Source: a virus
Lineage: Duplodnaviria > Caudoviricetes
IMG/VR virus record: IMGVR_UViG_2848576382_000012
Location: 2,793 to 66,792 of that record
DNA length: 64,000 bases
Reading direction: 5' to 3' (one strand)
Shown: piece by piece, positions 28,442 through 39,400 of the stretch
Numbering within the stretch: position 1 is the stretch's first letter
Layout of the letters: each line of letters opens with the position of its first letter
The notes under the pieces: model-generated
Seen by the model: only the letters and a program-made list of their open reading frames with translations
Databases searched by the model: none
What the model was told of the DNA's origin: nothing
Position numbers and translations under genes: made by a program

Positions 28442-29024
28442 TTTAGTTGCACCGCTGCAGTTAATGTGTCGAAGCGTTGGCCCTGCACAGGCGCAACTGG
28501 CTTTAGTGGAATCCATGAAAACGTTCATGCTAGAAACGGAAATTTTCACGGACACGCTACAGATACCTTATCAGACCGGCGTTTGTGAGTACTGGCTGGA
28601 TATCCCAGCAGATCAGCTTATCAGTAGCATTATTAACGTTTCGGTTAATGGCGAATCAACGACACGTTGGGCACGTGACGGCCAGTACAATGTGGTGCAA
28701 TTGTTTGATGATTATCATGAGGGAGCCTGTGTTTTAGTACATTATTCCTGGGCAATAACCGGTATTGATAATTGCCAGATCCCGACGGAGTTTTTAACAC
28801 GTTTTCGTATGCCGATATTGGACGGTGCCAGGCAATATTTACACAGTATGTATGGGTCACAAATGGTCGATTATGTCGTGGCACAGCTTGCTGCCCGTCA
28901 GTTTCATGATGCGATTGCAGATACGAAAGCCTCCCGGATCATGAATTTTTCTAATTCCCGTCCCAAAATGCACTCAGGAAAGGTGCGGCGACGTACCAGA
29001 GCGTCCGCCAGGAGATTGCTATGA
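28425..29024 (+). CDS. Putative tail adaptor/connector protein
   Basis: Operon position; IP..F..RFRMPILDGA..L pattern. Confidence 0.55.
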   Translation: MAVVSDLVAPLQLMCRSVGPAQAQLALVESMKTFMLETEIFTDTLQIPYQTGVCEYWLDIPADQLISSIINVSVNGESTTRWARDGQYNVVQLFDDYHEGACVLVHYSWAITGIDNCQIPTEFLTRFRMPILDGARQYLHSMYGSQMVDYVVAQLAARQFHDAIADTKASRIMNFSNSRPKMHSGKVRRRTRASARRLL

Positions 29025-29629
29025 AATCGTATACGATTAATCGGACAGGAACACATTTGGACAGTGCGTGTGGTATCGATTGTGATCCCTGTGTTTTACC
29101 CGTTTATGATCCGGGATGTGAATCTACGGGGCCAGTCTGTCCTGAACAAATATGTAAACCCGAACCCTGTTATACATTCAGTGCGCGTCAGGCAATACGT
29201 ATTCAATCGGGTGAAATAGAACGGCTCTTTGATTTTCGTTTTTATACGCAGGAACGTAATGACGTTTGGGTGCGCCAGTCGATGATTATGCGTTTGCGCC
29301 GGATAAGCCATTGTCAGTGGCAGTGGGCGATGTGTGCTATTTCGGTCACACCGAAAGGAGAAGTTCGCTTCCGCTGGCCCGACCTATTCCTAAAAGCGCC
29401 CCCTGGATATTATGAAAGTGAATTGATCGTAAATCATGTTGCAGTCAATAAACGGCTTTATTTTTATAAACCGTTTATGACCGCCAACGTGAATGCGACA
29501 ACGGCGGTGATGCAGGAATGCACCAGTGAGTGTAACCAATATGAAACACAGTGTTGTGTGCCGGATTTAGAAGTATGGCCGGAAGATACCACACCGGTTA
29601 TCGCCTGTGGAGATTGCCATGATCGATAA
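29021..29629 (+). CDS. Very Cys-rich putative virion protein
   Basis: 15 Cys in 202 aa, clustered at both termini; ATGA-coupled. Confidence 0.65.
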   Translation: MKSYTINRTGTHLDSACGIDCDPCVLPVYDPGCESTGPVCPEQICKPEPCYTFSARQAIRIQSGEIERLFDFRFYTQERNDVWVRQSMIMRLRRISHCQWQWAMCAISVTPKGEVRFRWPDLFLKAPPGYYESELIVNHVAVNKRLYFYKPFMTANVNATTAVMQECTSECNQYETQCCVPDLEVWPEDTTPVIACGDCHDR

Positions 29630-30059
29630 AACGAAGTACGCCTTAAGTACTACACTGTCTATGAATATTGGGCCATCAGATCAATTTCTCATGGTGGCAT
29701 TGGGATTAGCCGGTGCCATGACGCCAGCTGCGGGTACTCATTATTATTTGACCATGAAAGGAATAGGCAGTAAGCGTGAGGTAGTGCTGGTGAATGGGGC
29801 GTCAGGCAATAAACTGCATGTAGAACGAGGCACTGACAGTACAGTTGCACAATCCTGGCCTGCGGGCACTTGTCTTTATTTTGACTGGAATCCCGCCCAG
29901 CTTTGCGAAATGATTGCACAGTGTACCGATAAAGGAATTGGAGGATGTATAACACCCGGCTGTTATGCGTTGTCTTGTGACACCATTATTACAGTAGACG
30001 CAGCAGGACACATTACGCACATCGATGGGGAGGCGAAGCCATGTTCCGAGCAATCGTGA
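29619..30059 (+). CDS. Tail-associated protein, paralogue 1
   Basis: REVVLVNGASGNKLHVERGTDSTVAQSWPAG motif, typical of fibre N-terminal domains. Confidence 0.65.
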   Translation: MIDKTKYALSTTLSMNIGPSDQFLMVALGLAGAMTPAAGTHYYLTMKGIGSKREVVLVNGASGNKLHVERGTDSTVAQSWPAGTCLYFDWNPAQLCEMIAQCTDKGIGGCITPGCYALSCDTIITVDAAGHITHIDGEAKPCSEQS

Positions 30060-30370
30060 CGTTTTCAGGGACACTCGATCAATATATTACAGCATCAGAG
30101 AATACTCTGAATATTGCCAATGGTCATGCACGTGACCTTGATGCTGTTGGGGTTGGAAATCATACGTATTTAATTCTGAAAGGCCCCGGTCGTGCAGAAG
30201 TCGTAAAATATCATCATACGACAAATTACGATGAAAAACCGTACCCGGATATTATCGCGGTTGAACGGGGTATCGAGGGAGGAAGGATGCCTTATTGTGC
30301 CGGGGACTGTATTACGTTTGTCTGGACAGATACAGGTATTCTTGAATTAGTGAAACAGCAGACCAGTTAG
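30041..30370 (+). CDS. Tail-associated protein, paralogue 2
   Basis: HTYLIL..AEVVKY..AVERGIEG..YCAGDCI.F.W. Confidence 0.6.
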   Translation: MFRAIVTFSGTLDQYITASENTLNIANGHARDLDAVGVGNHTYLILKGPGRAEVVKYHHTTNYDEKPYPDIIAVERGIEGGRMPYCAGDCITFVWTDTGILELVKQQTS

Positions 30371-30378
30371 GAGTCACG

Positions 30379-30825
30379 ATGCCGTCATGTCCGAATAAGT
30401 ATCTTGCACTGCCGTGTGATCTGTTGGGGAGTGGTACGTTGGGCGAATCTTTTTGTCAATCGGGAAACGTTAAACTCCGTAGCGGACAAGGACGGCATTT
30501 TCCTGAAATGCAGGCAGGCCAGATGTTTCATGCACTGATTAGTCTACCGTGTGATCCTGGGTGTGAGGAAGTGATTGTGACAGGCCGAAACGGAGATACG
30601 TTAACCATATCCCGTTTTCAAAATCGTCAGGGGTGTTTCCCGGTCGGAAGCCGGATTGTGTATACCGCGTGCTCCGTAGATGCTATTCGGGCGATTGCGC
30701 GGGAGTCACGCCCGAATTATGCGTATCCGCTTGTTTATGATTGTGAGACAGACACGGTGTCTATTGATTGTGCGGGTATCAAAGAATTAGTCCGTAAGCC
30801 CTGTGGAGTCGCCAATGAGAATTAA
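30379..30825 (+). CDS. Tail-associated protein, paralogue 3
   Basis: EEVIVTGRNGDTLTISR..FPVGSRI; 10 Cys. Confidence 0.6.
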   Translation: MPSCPNKYLALPCDLLGSGTLGESFCQSGNVKLRSGQGRHFPEMQAGQMFHALISLPCDPGCEEVIVTGRNGDTLTISRFQNRQGCFPVGSRIVYTACSVDAIRAIARESRPNYAYPLVYDCETDTVSIDCAGIKELVRKPCGVANEN

Positions 30826-32632
30826 TAAATTTCAGGGGGTCATTCCTAAAATCCGATCAGATAAACTGGGGGCGGGATTTGCTGCTTTTGCCGAAAATTG
30901 TTTACTTCATTCAGGCGCGATTGTTCCCTTACGTGCCCCCCGTCCCCTCTATAATGCGGTGGATATCAATGGAAAACCGATGAGTGGTGAAGTAAAAGCA
31001 CTATATAAAATTGGGGGGGCATGGCTCGGTTTCGAACACGTGACCCCCATTGCCGAAGATCCCATTCATATTGCAGGGCCACAATCTTTTCTTTTTGTTA
31101 AAGACAACCAGGTGTGGCGAAGCGGTTATGCATGGATAACAGACAAAGCGGGGCCGGTGGCATTAGGTATACCCCGTCCAATCAAGGCCCCTAAAGTAAC
31201 ATTGACAGGACAGAAATGTCGGGATGATATGCCCGTACCTGATGATTGCTGGCAAAATGCGTTGCCGAAGAAACCAGCACAGGATTGTCCGAATCAGGAA
31301 TTACCCCCCCAGGTGCTGACCTTTTGTTATACCTGGGTGACAGAGTGCCAAGAAGAGTCCGGGCCAAGTGATTATTCTGAACCGATCCTCGTTCCCTATG
31401 CCGAATCGGTCATGTTGGTGCCAACAGAAAAACCGCCGGTTAATGCCACAATGATCCGCTGGTATATGCTTTTGGTGGGAGATAAAGAAGCGGAAATGGC
31501 ACAGATAGATGAACAATCGGTAAAGACGCTGGCGTTTGTTTTTTGTCCAGATTTGTTCGCCGGTGGCAATCCGTTAATGACACAAACCTGGTATCCGGTG
31601 CCCTGTGCGGAGGGAGTTGCCAATATTGGCTATGGGGCAATTTTGGTTTGGTCGGGGTGTCATATTTATGTTTCCGCACATAAACAACCTCATGCGTTTC
31701 CCGAAGCCAATACGCTGGTTGTGGATGATGAGATCGTTCGTATTGTTTCTTTCCGAACAAAGACAGGTGCGTATCAAGCGGTGGTATTAACAAAGGGCGT
31801 CCCCTTTGTGATTGCGGGGGAATTACCCGATAAACTAACGATCACCCGTATTAATCGGCGAATGCCCTGTCTGAGTGTGAAAGGTGTGATGTGCGTGGGG
31901 GAGTCCGTCTATTATTGCAGTGAAGAGGGAATCGCGGTTGTCACCGGTGCCGGTGTTGGTTTGTTAACCGCAAACTGGATGGATAAAGAATGGTGGCTCA
32001 GAATGTCACCACAGAATTACGTACTGGGTTTTTATGACCAACGTATTTTTGCGTTTACGGATCAGGTGCAGAGTCAGTCAATTATGTTCCCCATGCGAAC
32101 GAATGATCAGGCATATGCAGAAAAAGATTTGGTGTATCTCAGTTATCGGGTACATGCATTATATTTTGGCGATGAAACGAGTATGGCCGTGGCATTAGGT
32201 TCAATGGTGTTTGACTGGGAACAGAATGATTATGCCATGCAGGCAACCTGGAAATCGGCCATTCTCTCAGCAAAAAATCCTGAATCAATAGGTGTCGGCG
32301 TCGTTCACAGTGATGCCGAAGATATCCCACATGACTGTATGGATTGGGTGACATTGGTTTGGCGAGAATATAAACGTTTGTTGACGCCTGCCGATACGGG
32401 CGAGTTTCTGCAGAAGTACCCTGATGCTTCTGCGGCGATCCCGTATATTGTTGCACCCAAAGTGGCGTTAACTCTACAGGGAAATGAACGGATAAGAATA
32501 GATCGTCCTGTTTGGAGCGATAAGCCCTTTAGAATTAATGGACAGGGATTAGTACGTCGTTGGCAGATTGAAGTGAAATCGACAGCGGTTGTATCAGAAC
32601 TGGCGTTAGCGGCAAACATGACCGAACTTTAG
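30815..32632 (+). CDS. Putative tail tubular/nozzle (stabilisation) protein
   Basis: MRINKFQGVIPKI..A..AENC, YTWVT..EESGPS, PHAFP, CLSVKG, YCSEEG, WKS motifs of podovirus nozzle proteins. Confidence 0.7.
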   Translation: MRINKFQGVIPKIRSDKLGAGFAAFAENCLLHSGAIVPLRAPRPLYNAVDINGKPMSGEVKALYKIGGAWLGFEHVTPIAEDPIHIAGPQSFLFVKDNQVWRSGYAWITDKAGPVALGIPRPIKAPKVTLTGQKCRDDMPVPDDCWQNALPKKPAQDCPNQELPPQVLTFCYTWVTECQEESGPSDYSEPILVPYAESVMLVPTEKPPVNATMIRWYMLLVGDKEAEMAQIDEQSVKTLAFVFCPDLFAGGNPLMTQTWYPVPCAEGVANIGYGAILVWSGCHIYVSAHKQPHAFPEANTLVVDDEIVRIVSFRTKTGAYQAVVLTKGVPFVIAGELPDKLTITRINRRMPCLSVKGVMCVGESVYYCSEEGIAVVTGAGVGLLTANWMDKEWWLRMSPQNYVLGFYDQRIFAFTDQVQSQSIMFPMRTNDQAYAEKDLVYLSYRVHALYFGDETSMAVALGSMVFDWEQNDYAMQATWKSAILSAKNPESIGVGVVHSDAEDIPHDCMDWVTLVWREYKRLLTPADTGEFLQKYPDASAAIPYIVAPKVALTLQGNERIRIDRPVWSDKPFRINGQGLVRRWQIEVKSTAVVSELALAANMTEL

Positions 32633-32640
32633 GGGGCATT

Positions 32641-33486
32641 ATGGCATCCGATCCGGGCAAGAAAGCGGAGTCTGTACAACAGGTCACGGTAGATAAAAAT
32701 ACGGTTGATGGTACGAATAATACAGCTAACTCAACCAATACGATTATTCAGGTTCCTCGTCCCCCTCGCCGCGATGATGGAAAGTGGATGGCGATAGGTT
32801 CGCTCGTGGGTACGTTGACGGGAATGCTGACGAACAAGGATCTGATTAGCAAAGCAAAAGATGCGGAAAATAATTGGGAGGATTTAACGAAATTTTTCCG
32901 CGATAAAGGATATGACCTGAATACCTGGGCGGATAAATTGCGACCGTGTGACGATAAGTTACATGATGCGTTATGTGCCTTTGCGTTGTGTGGATACCAA
33001 GCGGATTATGAGGGCATTCTGCGCCGTGCGCGAGCTAATGCAAAAATATTGGCGAACAAAACGTATATGGAGGCCCAACAAACGGCTGATCGTTATCATT
33101 ACGGTCTGAACTGTGATGTATGGGCCGGAATTAAACGTGCAGAAATCATAGCGACAACACTGGCAACGACACAGGCATTTGAAGAAGAACGGACGAAAGC
33201 CTTTGATCGTACATTTGAAGTACTGGAACGCACTACGACGATTTTCGAGCGTGATGTCATGAACCGCAAACAGCTTTCTGCGGACTATTTAGCCGGTGCA
33301 GGCCAGAACTATGGTTTTCTTGCGCAGTCCTTACGTGCCACGGCAAAAGCGGATATGGGGGACATGCAAATGTTAGCCACAGCACTAGGGGTCGTTTTAC
33401 CGATGCTCTTTGGTTTTTGTGGTTCGTCGGCTTGTGATGATGGCGGGGAGTCATTATCCCTTTCAACGAAAGAGGACACCGTATGA
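32641..33486 (+). CDS. Putative ejection/internal virion protein
   Basis: Gly-containing hydrophobic segments at both ends, helical core; follows the nozzle gene. Confidence 0.5.
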   Translation: MASDPGKKAESVQQVTVDKNTVDGTNNTANSTNTIIQVPRPPRRDDGKWMAIGSLVGTLTGMLTNKDLISKAKDAENNWEDLTKFFRDKGYDLNTWADKLRPCDDKLHDALCAFALCGYQADYEGILRRARANAKILANKTYMEAQQTADRYHYGLNCDVWAGIKRAEIIATTLATTQAFEEERTKAFDRTFEVLERTTTIFERDVMNRKQLSADYLAGAGQNYGFLAQSLRATAKADMGDMQMLATALGVVLPMLFGFCGSSACDDGGESLSLSTKEDTV

Positions 33487-33719
33487 ATAAAATGCATCGA
33501 CGTTTTGGGGAGATCCCCATAGTGACGTATACCCGTAGCCCACGTATGACCGCGTATTTATTGCGGCAATCCAAGACTGATGTGGAAGAAACGTCGCCGG
33601 TAGATACGTTGATACAGACCATGCAGGAGACCGTGAAAAATGGGGTACTCGATGATACGACATCAACCGCATTCCAGAGTGATCAGTTTGATGGAGTTGC
33701 GCAAATATTAGGGGGTTAA
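33483..33719 (+). CDS. Hypothetical phage protein
   Basis: ATGA-coupled; GAGGA RBS. Confidence 0.55.
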   Translation: MNKMHRRFGEIPIVTYTRSPRMTAYLLRQSKTDVEETSPVDTLIQTMQETVKNGVLDDTTSTAFQSDQFDGVAQILGG

Positions 33720-33720
33720 T

Positions 33721-34230
33721 ATGGCTTACGGGTTTGTGCCAAGAGACGATAGCTGGGGTGGTTCACTGGGAGGCTTTGGTTCTCTGGGCATGGGGGCGGG
33801 ACTGGCGAACGCATTAGGGGTTGGCCTTAATCTAGCTGATGGTTTTCGTCGTTACCAGAATAATGTGTATCTTGATCCCATGCGTTTGAGCAGTCAAAGA
33901 GCGGGTTTTGAAGCCGATTATGCGGGTAATAAATTTCAGCAAGGTCGTTACTTAAGCGGCCTGAGTACGCTAATTCAACGAGACGGCATGTCAGCAGATC
34001 CAGGGCCGTGGAATGACCCAGAACTTCAACGGCAATACCTGGAATTGCACAGGCAACTTACGCAGTCCGATCAGCCGATGGGCCTACAAATGCGACAACA
34101 ACCTGCGAGTCAGAATAATGACCCCGCCTACGGAGGCGCAATTCCCGGTTTGCTCGGCACGTATCAGGAACCGTCATTGGGTATGTCGCATCAATTCCAA
34201 TCATATTTTGGTAACAAGCAATTACGCTAG
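33721..34230 (+). CDS. Putative ejection protein
   Basis: Gly-rich amphipathic N-terminus, Gln-rich body. Confidence 0.5.
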   Translation: MAYGFVPRDDSWGGSLGGFGSLGMGAGLANALGVGLNLADGFRRYQNNVYLDPMRLSSQRAGFEADYAGNKFQQGRYLSGLSTLIQRDGMSADPGPWNDPELQRQYLELHRQLTQSDQPMGLQMRQQPASQNNDPAYGGAIPGLLGTYQEPSLGMSHQFQSYFGNKQLR

Positions 34231-34238
34231 GGGGATGT

Positions 34239-35633
34239 ATGGCAAACACGACACCCATTGCGCCTTATATCAGTCCTCAAGATCAAACGTTGTTTGATCA
34301 AGCAAAGACAATGGGCTTTGTCTATGACCCGAAAAGACCGTACTTTGAAAATAAAGGTTATGCGCAGTATATGGTAGGTCAGTCCCAACTGCCCGATAAT
34401 CATAAACCGTTTAAAGATAGCCTTTTGGGACAGGGTTTAACTGCGCTGGGAAACGCTTTGCAGCGTCATGGGTTCACAGATACCGCTGCCGTTTCCAGCC
34501 TCCCCTCACCTACAGATACGCAAGCCCTGAGTCGATTGTTAGACCCCATTATTCAGAAACATGGTATACCGTTACCCCCGTCCTCAGTCACACGGGAATC
34601 TCCGGTTCTTCCAGGTATCAATACCCCGCTGCCGACCACGCAAGGATCGTCACAACTTGTACCGCAGCGGGAATATCCGGGTATTAATACACCATTATCC
34701 CGAAAAGCGGGGACAGCTCCGGGACGTCAGCTGAGTGCGGAGCACATGGCAGATGCATTAGGCATACGTGCTCCGACAACAGTCAACTATAACCCGACAA
34801 CGAATTATGGGGGACACCCCGTTTATATGACGGAAAACGGCATTTATGGGATGCCAAAAGACAGTATTGGTGGCTTAGAAAGTTACGCTAATCTGATGGG
34901 AACAACGCCAGCACAATTGGTGCAGCAAGAAGACCTGTTAAAAGCCAGAGGGATGCAGGAGTCGCCTTATTGGCAACAGCAGTATGGAGAAACATTAGGA
35001 AAAACGCAGAATCCGTATTTGGCGAGAGCAGATGCAAACTTGGCTGCGACTGAGGCGTCTAAGAATGCGTATGGGGTGTTTGATCGCGTATTAGCCAATC
35101 CTACGATGCAAGCCAGTGTGCTGGGTAATAACCAGATTAACGGCCAGCTTTATCTTGATTCGAATGCGGGAGTGGTCAATCACGGCTTACTTGCCACCAC
35201 ACCGCAAGCCTATGGACATGGCACGGATGGGAATACCCTTATCCGATTACCGAATGGTTCCGTTGTCGCCGCGAAAATATCGGCCAATATGCCGCCTATG
35301 TTGACGGCTACAAGTATTGGAGCTGATGCCGCGTATAAGCAGGATATGACCTATACACAACAAATGGCGCAATTAGATGCGTTGATGGCGAAAACGGCAG
35401 GCAATCCGGCGCTGGCGAACGATCCGTTGCATCAACTCAAAATAATGAAGATGCTAACGGATATCAATAAAGCCCAACTGGAATTAAATCGGGGCGGCAA
35501 GTCACAGTCCATAAAACTTCCGCAAGTGCCTTTTGAACAATTACCCTCAGAAATGCAACAACAACTCTTAGAAAAACTACAGAGTGATTACGGGCTGGGA
35601 AATCCTGATCCCAATAAGGTCGGACTTGGTTAA
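34239..35633 (+). CDS. Putative ejection/internal virion protein
   Basis: Gln/Pro/Ala-rich, Cys-free; PGINTPL x2; operon position. Confidence 0.55.
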   Translation: MANTTPIAPYISPQDQTLFDQAKTMGFVYDPKRPYFENKGYAQYMVGQSQLPDNHKPFKDSLLGQGLTALGNALQRHGFTDTAAVSSLPSPTDTQALSRLLDPIIQKHGIPLPPSSVTRESPVLPGINTPLPTTQGSSQLVPQREYPGINTPLSRKAGTAPGRQLSAEHMADALGIRAPTTVNYNPTTNYGGHPVYMTENGIYGMPKDSIGGLESYANLMGTTPAQLVQQEDLLKARGMQESPYWQQQYGETLGKTQNPYLARADANLAATEASKNAYGVFDRVLANPTMQASVLGNNQINGQLYLDSNAGVVNHGLLATTPQAYGHGTDGNTLIRLPNGSVVAAKISANMPPMLTATSIGADAAYKQDMTYTQQMAQLDALMAKTAGNPALANDPLHQLKIMKMLTDINKAQLELNRGGKSQSIKLPQVPFEQLPSEMQQQLLEKLQSDYGLGNPDPNKVGLG

Positions 35634-35643
35634 GGGGGAGCTG

Positions 35644-36453
35644 ATGGCTTTTACCGATGGGTACTGGAAAAATAATCCACAATACGTTTCACGTATGGAA
35701 TATTATGCACCTAAAGTTCATCAAGCGGTACAGCAGTATGGTCTGGAACCCCAGGCGGCTAAGTTAATTCAAGGTATTTTGGGTGTGGAATCGAGGTGGG
35801 GGCTAGCTAAGGGCCTCGACACGCCGGGCGCAGCCGGAGAGCTGGGCATTGCGCAATTAACACCCGCTTACCGTAAAGTCTATAACATTAGTGATCCCCT
35901 TGATGCACAACAGTCGATTAATGGAATTGCGGAATATATACAGGATGCCCGACGTCGTGGTGTACCGTGGGATTTAATTCCCGTGGGCTATAATGCGGGA
36001 GATGGGCGACTTAGGCAATTGATGAGTGGTCAGCGTTCATTTGCCAGTCTGCCCCAAATCACGCGCAATTATGTGGATCGGATCAGACAGTTTATGGGAA
36101 CACCCACAAATCCGAATCTGGGACTGGTGAACTATTCACCGGCGATTACGCGAACGCTGCAACAGTATGGTCTATCAACGACACAACCAACGACCGCGCA
36201 AAGCGGATTAGACTTAGAATTTTCTGGTTTGGGTGATATGTCAAAAATGCTCGGTGTAGGGTATGAGTTACCACAAGACACATCGCCCTTCATGCAAGCC
36301 GATGGAAGCACCGAGGGGATGACATCGGGAGTACAGCGTATTGCCAGTTCTGATGATGATAACGGCCAGCCCCCCGTGCCTTTAGCGGGACTTTTTGGCA
36401 CACGTCCAGCGACGGCAGCAGAGATTGATCGCTTATTGCAAGGGGTAACGTGA
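35644..36453 (+). CDS. Virion-associated lytic transglycosylase (SLT domain)
   Basis: VESRW catalytic Glu, GELGIAQL.P, YNAG, TRNYV. Confidence 0.85.
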   Translation: MAFTDGYWKNNPQYVSRMEYYAPKVHQAVQQYGLEPQAAKLIQGILGVESRWGLAKGLDTPGAAGELGIAQLTPAYRKVYNISDPLDAQQSINGIAEYIQDARRRGVPWDLIPVGYNAGDGRLRQLMSGQRSFASLPQITRNYVDRIRQFMGTPTNPNLGLVNYSPAITRTLQQYGLSTTQPTTAQSGLDLEFSGLGDMSKMLGVGYELPQDTSPFMQADGSTEGMTSGVQRIASSDDDNGQPPVPLAGLFGTRPATAAEIDRLLQGVT

Positions 36454-39400
36454 TGGCAATAAATCCATTAAAAGTTCCTTTAGTCAATGGTAGTGGGAAT
36501 ATTGGCCTCATTAAGCGCAATGCACTTGCGATGCAATCTTCTCAGACGATTACCAATCCATTGGCCCGACAGCTCAGTGAAGAAAATAATGCGTTGGTAG
36601 CAACGCTTTTGGCTCAGGAAAACGGTCTCGGTAATACGCAGACGAGTCCTTTACCAAAGCCGGATTATACGAATGATCCAAATCTTTTTCCGACTGATAA
36701 CTTCGTCAATGTGACGGGCTATTTACGGGCAAAAAAATTTGGGGATAAATCGCAGGAAACGCAGCGTGAGATGTTGGACAGTCTTTATAAGGAAGTGAAC
36801 GAACGTTTCCCTGGACGGTTTACCGAAGCACAGTTAGCACAACCTGCGAGTAAAATTAATGGGGCACTTTTTACCGTCAATAACGATAAGATTAAAAACA
36901 GTAAACTCGTATCGGGATTCTGGCAGGGTGTAGGCTCAACAATTGCACAAGCCATTACCGGTACAGCAGATGCTGGTGCGGGATTATTAAATGCACTCGC
37001 TCCGTCAACCTTATCATCAGAGATAGCGGAAAGTGTGCATGAGTTTGACAAAGATACGCGTGAAAAGACCGAAACACCGTCTCGTCGAAATTATGTGAAA
37101 CGACGTGATGAACTGCTTGAACAAGGTCGTTACGCAGAAGCGGTAGCCCATATGGCAAGCAATCCTACGGGATTGGGAGAAGATGCCGCCATTCTGATCT
37201 TACCCTCATTAGGCGGTGGTTTTCTGTTACGGGCAGGCGCTAAAGGTGGTGCAAAACTGTTAGGAAAAGAAGCTGTTGAACAGACGCTAAAGCAACGCGC
37301 CAAAATGATGTTACGTTCACAGGTGGCGGCAGATGCCTTATTGGGTGCAGGTCATACAGCACAAAATATGGGAGAAAAGAACGATTATAAACTTTCTGCA
37401 GAGCAACGTGCAGCAGTCTTTGGTAAAGGTTTGGTGGATGCCGCGTTGTCTAAATTTGGTTATACCTACGGGATTAACCCTGAGAATTTACTATTACGGT
37501 TTGGAAAAGCCGCCGATCTCAAGGGGGCGAAAGGTATCTTAAAATCCTATTTTGGGTCAGCGGTGGTTGATGCAGCTAGTAATATGCCGTCGTCAGGTTT
37601 AGATGCGGCACTCTCAATGGGATTTGATAAAAACGGACAGTTTAATGTCAACCTGGTGGACTGGGAAAAAGTCACTCAGGCAATGGCCTCGGCAGGTGTC
37701 TATGCACCCTTTACCGGTGGTATTCCAGGAGCACTCCATGCCCGTCAACAGAACGCCAATCTGGGACGGATCGCACGGGATGAAACGGTCTTTAATAATG
37801 CGACGGAATCGAAAGCCCAACTGGCAGAAGCGTGGCCGTTGGCAGATGAGGCGGGAAGAAAAGATATTGCTCAGCAGGAACAGGCATTGAATGGGTTACT
37901 GGAAGCGAACTTGCAGGAACGTCTTGCGGCAATGGATGCCAGCGGATCACGTCTGTTTCGTAAAGCGAAAAAAGAACAGCAGGCCGCTGAACGTGCCAGT
38001 CTGGAAGAACGCTATCGTCATTTGATAGACAATAATCCGATTGCGGATAAAGAACAGTATGGCCCGACCGCCGATGATGATGCGGTTATCCTGCAAAAAG
38101 AATTTGGTAATCAGTCATTGGATATGCACCCAGCATATCTGGAACGCTATCATAAAATTTTTGCTATCGATAATGATCCATTACGAAAGAAGCCAAATGA
38201 AACCGCACCCGTAATGGAGTTAGTGCCGCCTCAATTGTTATTGGAAGATAAAGGACAACGGACGACACCATTAACAATGGCGGAATATGATGGCAGTTTT
38301 ATTGACTGGGCTAAGAACCGATCACCCGAAGAACGGGCAAATACCCTGTATCATCTAGAGCAGACAGACCGCATTAAACGCGCTGCAGAAGAAGCATTAT
38401 TGACTCGCTTACGCACAGAGCAAGACGCAGAACGCATCCAAGAACTGGATGAAAAATTGGCACAAATCCGTACTGAACGAATTGCGGCCAATACCGCATT
38501 ACAGAAAATGCTTGCGGTGATGCCCGTAGATGATCCCGCGTTGGGTTTGACCGATCATTTACGTCAGGAAGAGGCGCAGACACAAGCCAAAGTGCTCCGT
38601 GATATAGAACTTGCGACTCTAGCACGACAAAAAGTAACCGCAGCTGAACTGGCAAAAGCAGACAGTGACAAACTTGCACGTCTGGCTGCAGAACAAACCC
38701 TTCTTGCTGATGCTATTGACCAGCAGATTGCTGTGATGCCCGAAACGGTCAATACCATTAAAGCACAAAAACGGGTCACTCAGTTGCGGACAAACGCCAA
38801 TGAATATCTGGCACAGGCATACGAGAAAGCAACCGGGGAGAAAAAAAGTCCGTCGCTGGAATTGGCGAGTTTTTTGCCCGCTTACGAACAACGTTTGCAG
38901 GAGGCCAGTCAGGAAGCACGGGCTGCGCAGTTACAGGATGTGCGTAATTTACGGGACAGGCAAGACGAGGTATTCGCGCATCTGGAGGCCATGCGAACGC
39001 CGGAAGATTTAGGGCCACGTGAAAGTCAGAGCTACAATCATCTGCGCCGGACAGAAGCACACTTACAACGTGAGGAAGACGCACTCATTAATACGGATGA
39101 ATTGCTTGCGCAGACACCGAAAATACGGCTGAACCAGCGCAAACGCCAAATTAGGCGTGGACTTGCAGAGGAACAATCTGCCGCCGCTGCCAATAATCTC
39201 ATTCGTCAGGCGCGAAGGCAAAATCCCTTAATATCATCAGCGCGTCCCGATGCAACGCATACAGCGACGACGGCCTTATCTCAACGAGTACAGCTTTTTG
39301 CGGAAACCTTGCGTAAGCATCCTGATGCTCGTGATCCGTTAAATGTGGGGGCATTGGTCAATGACCGTGATACACGACTGGCGTTGCCAGCTGTGAATGA

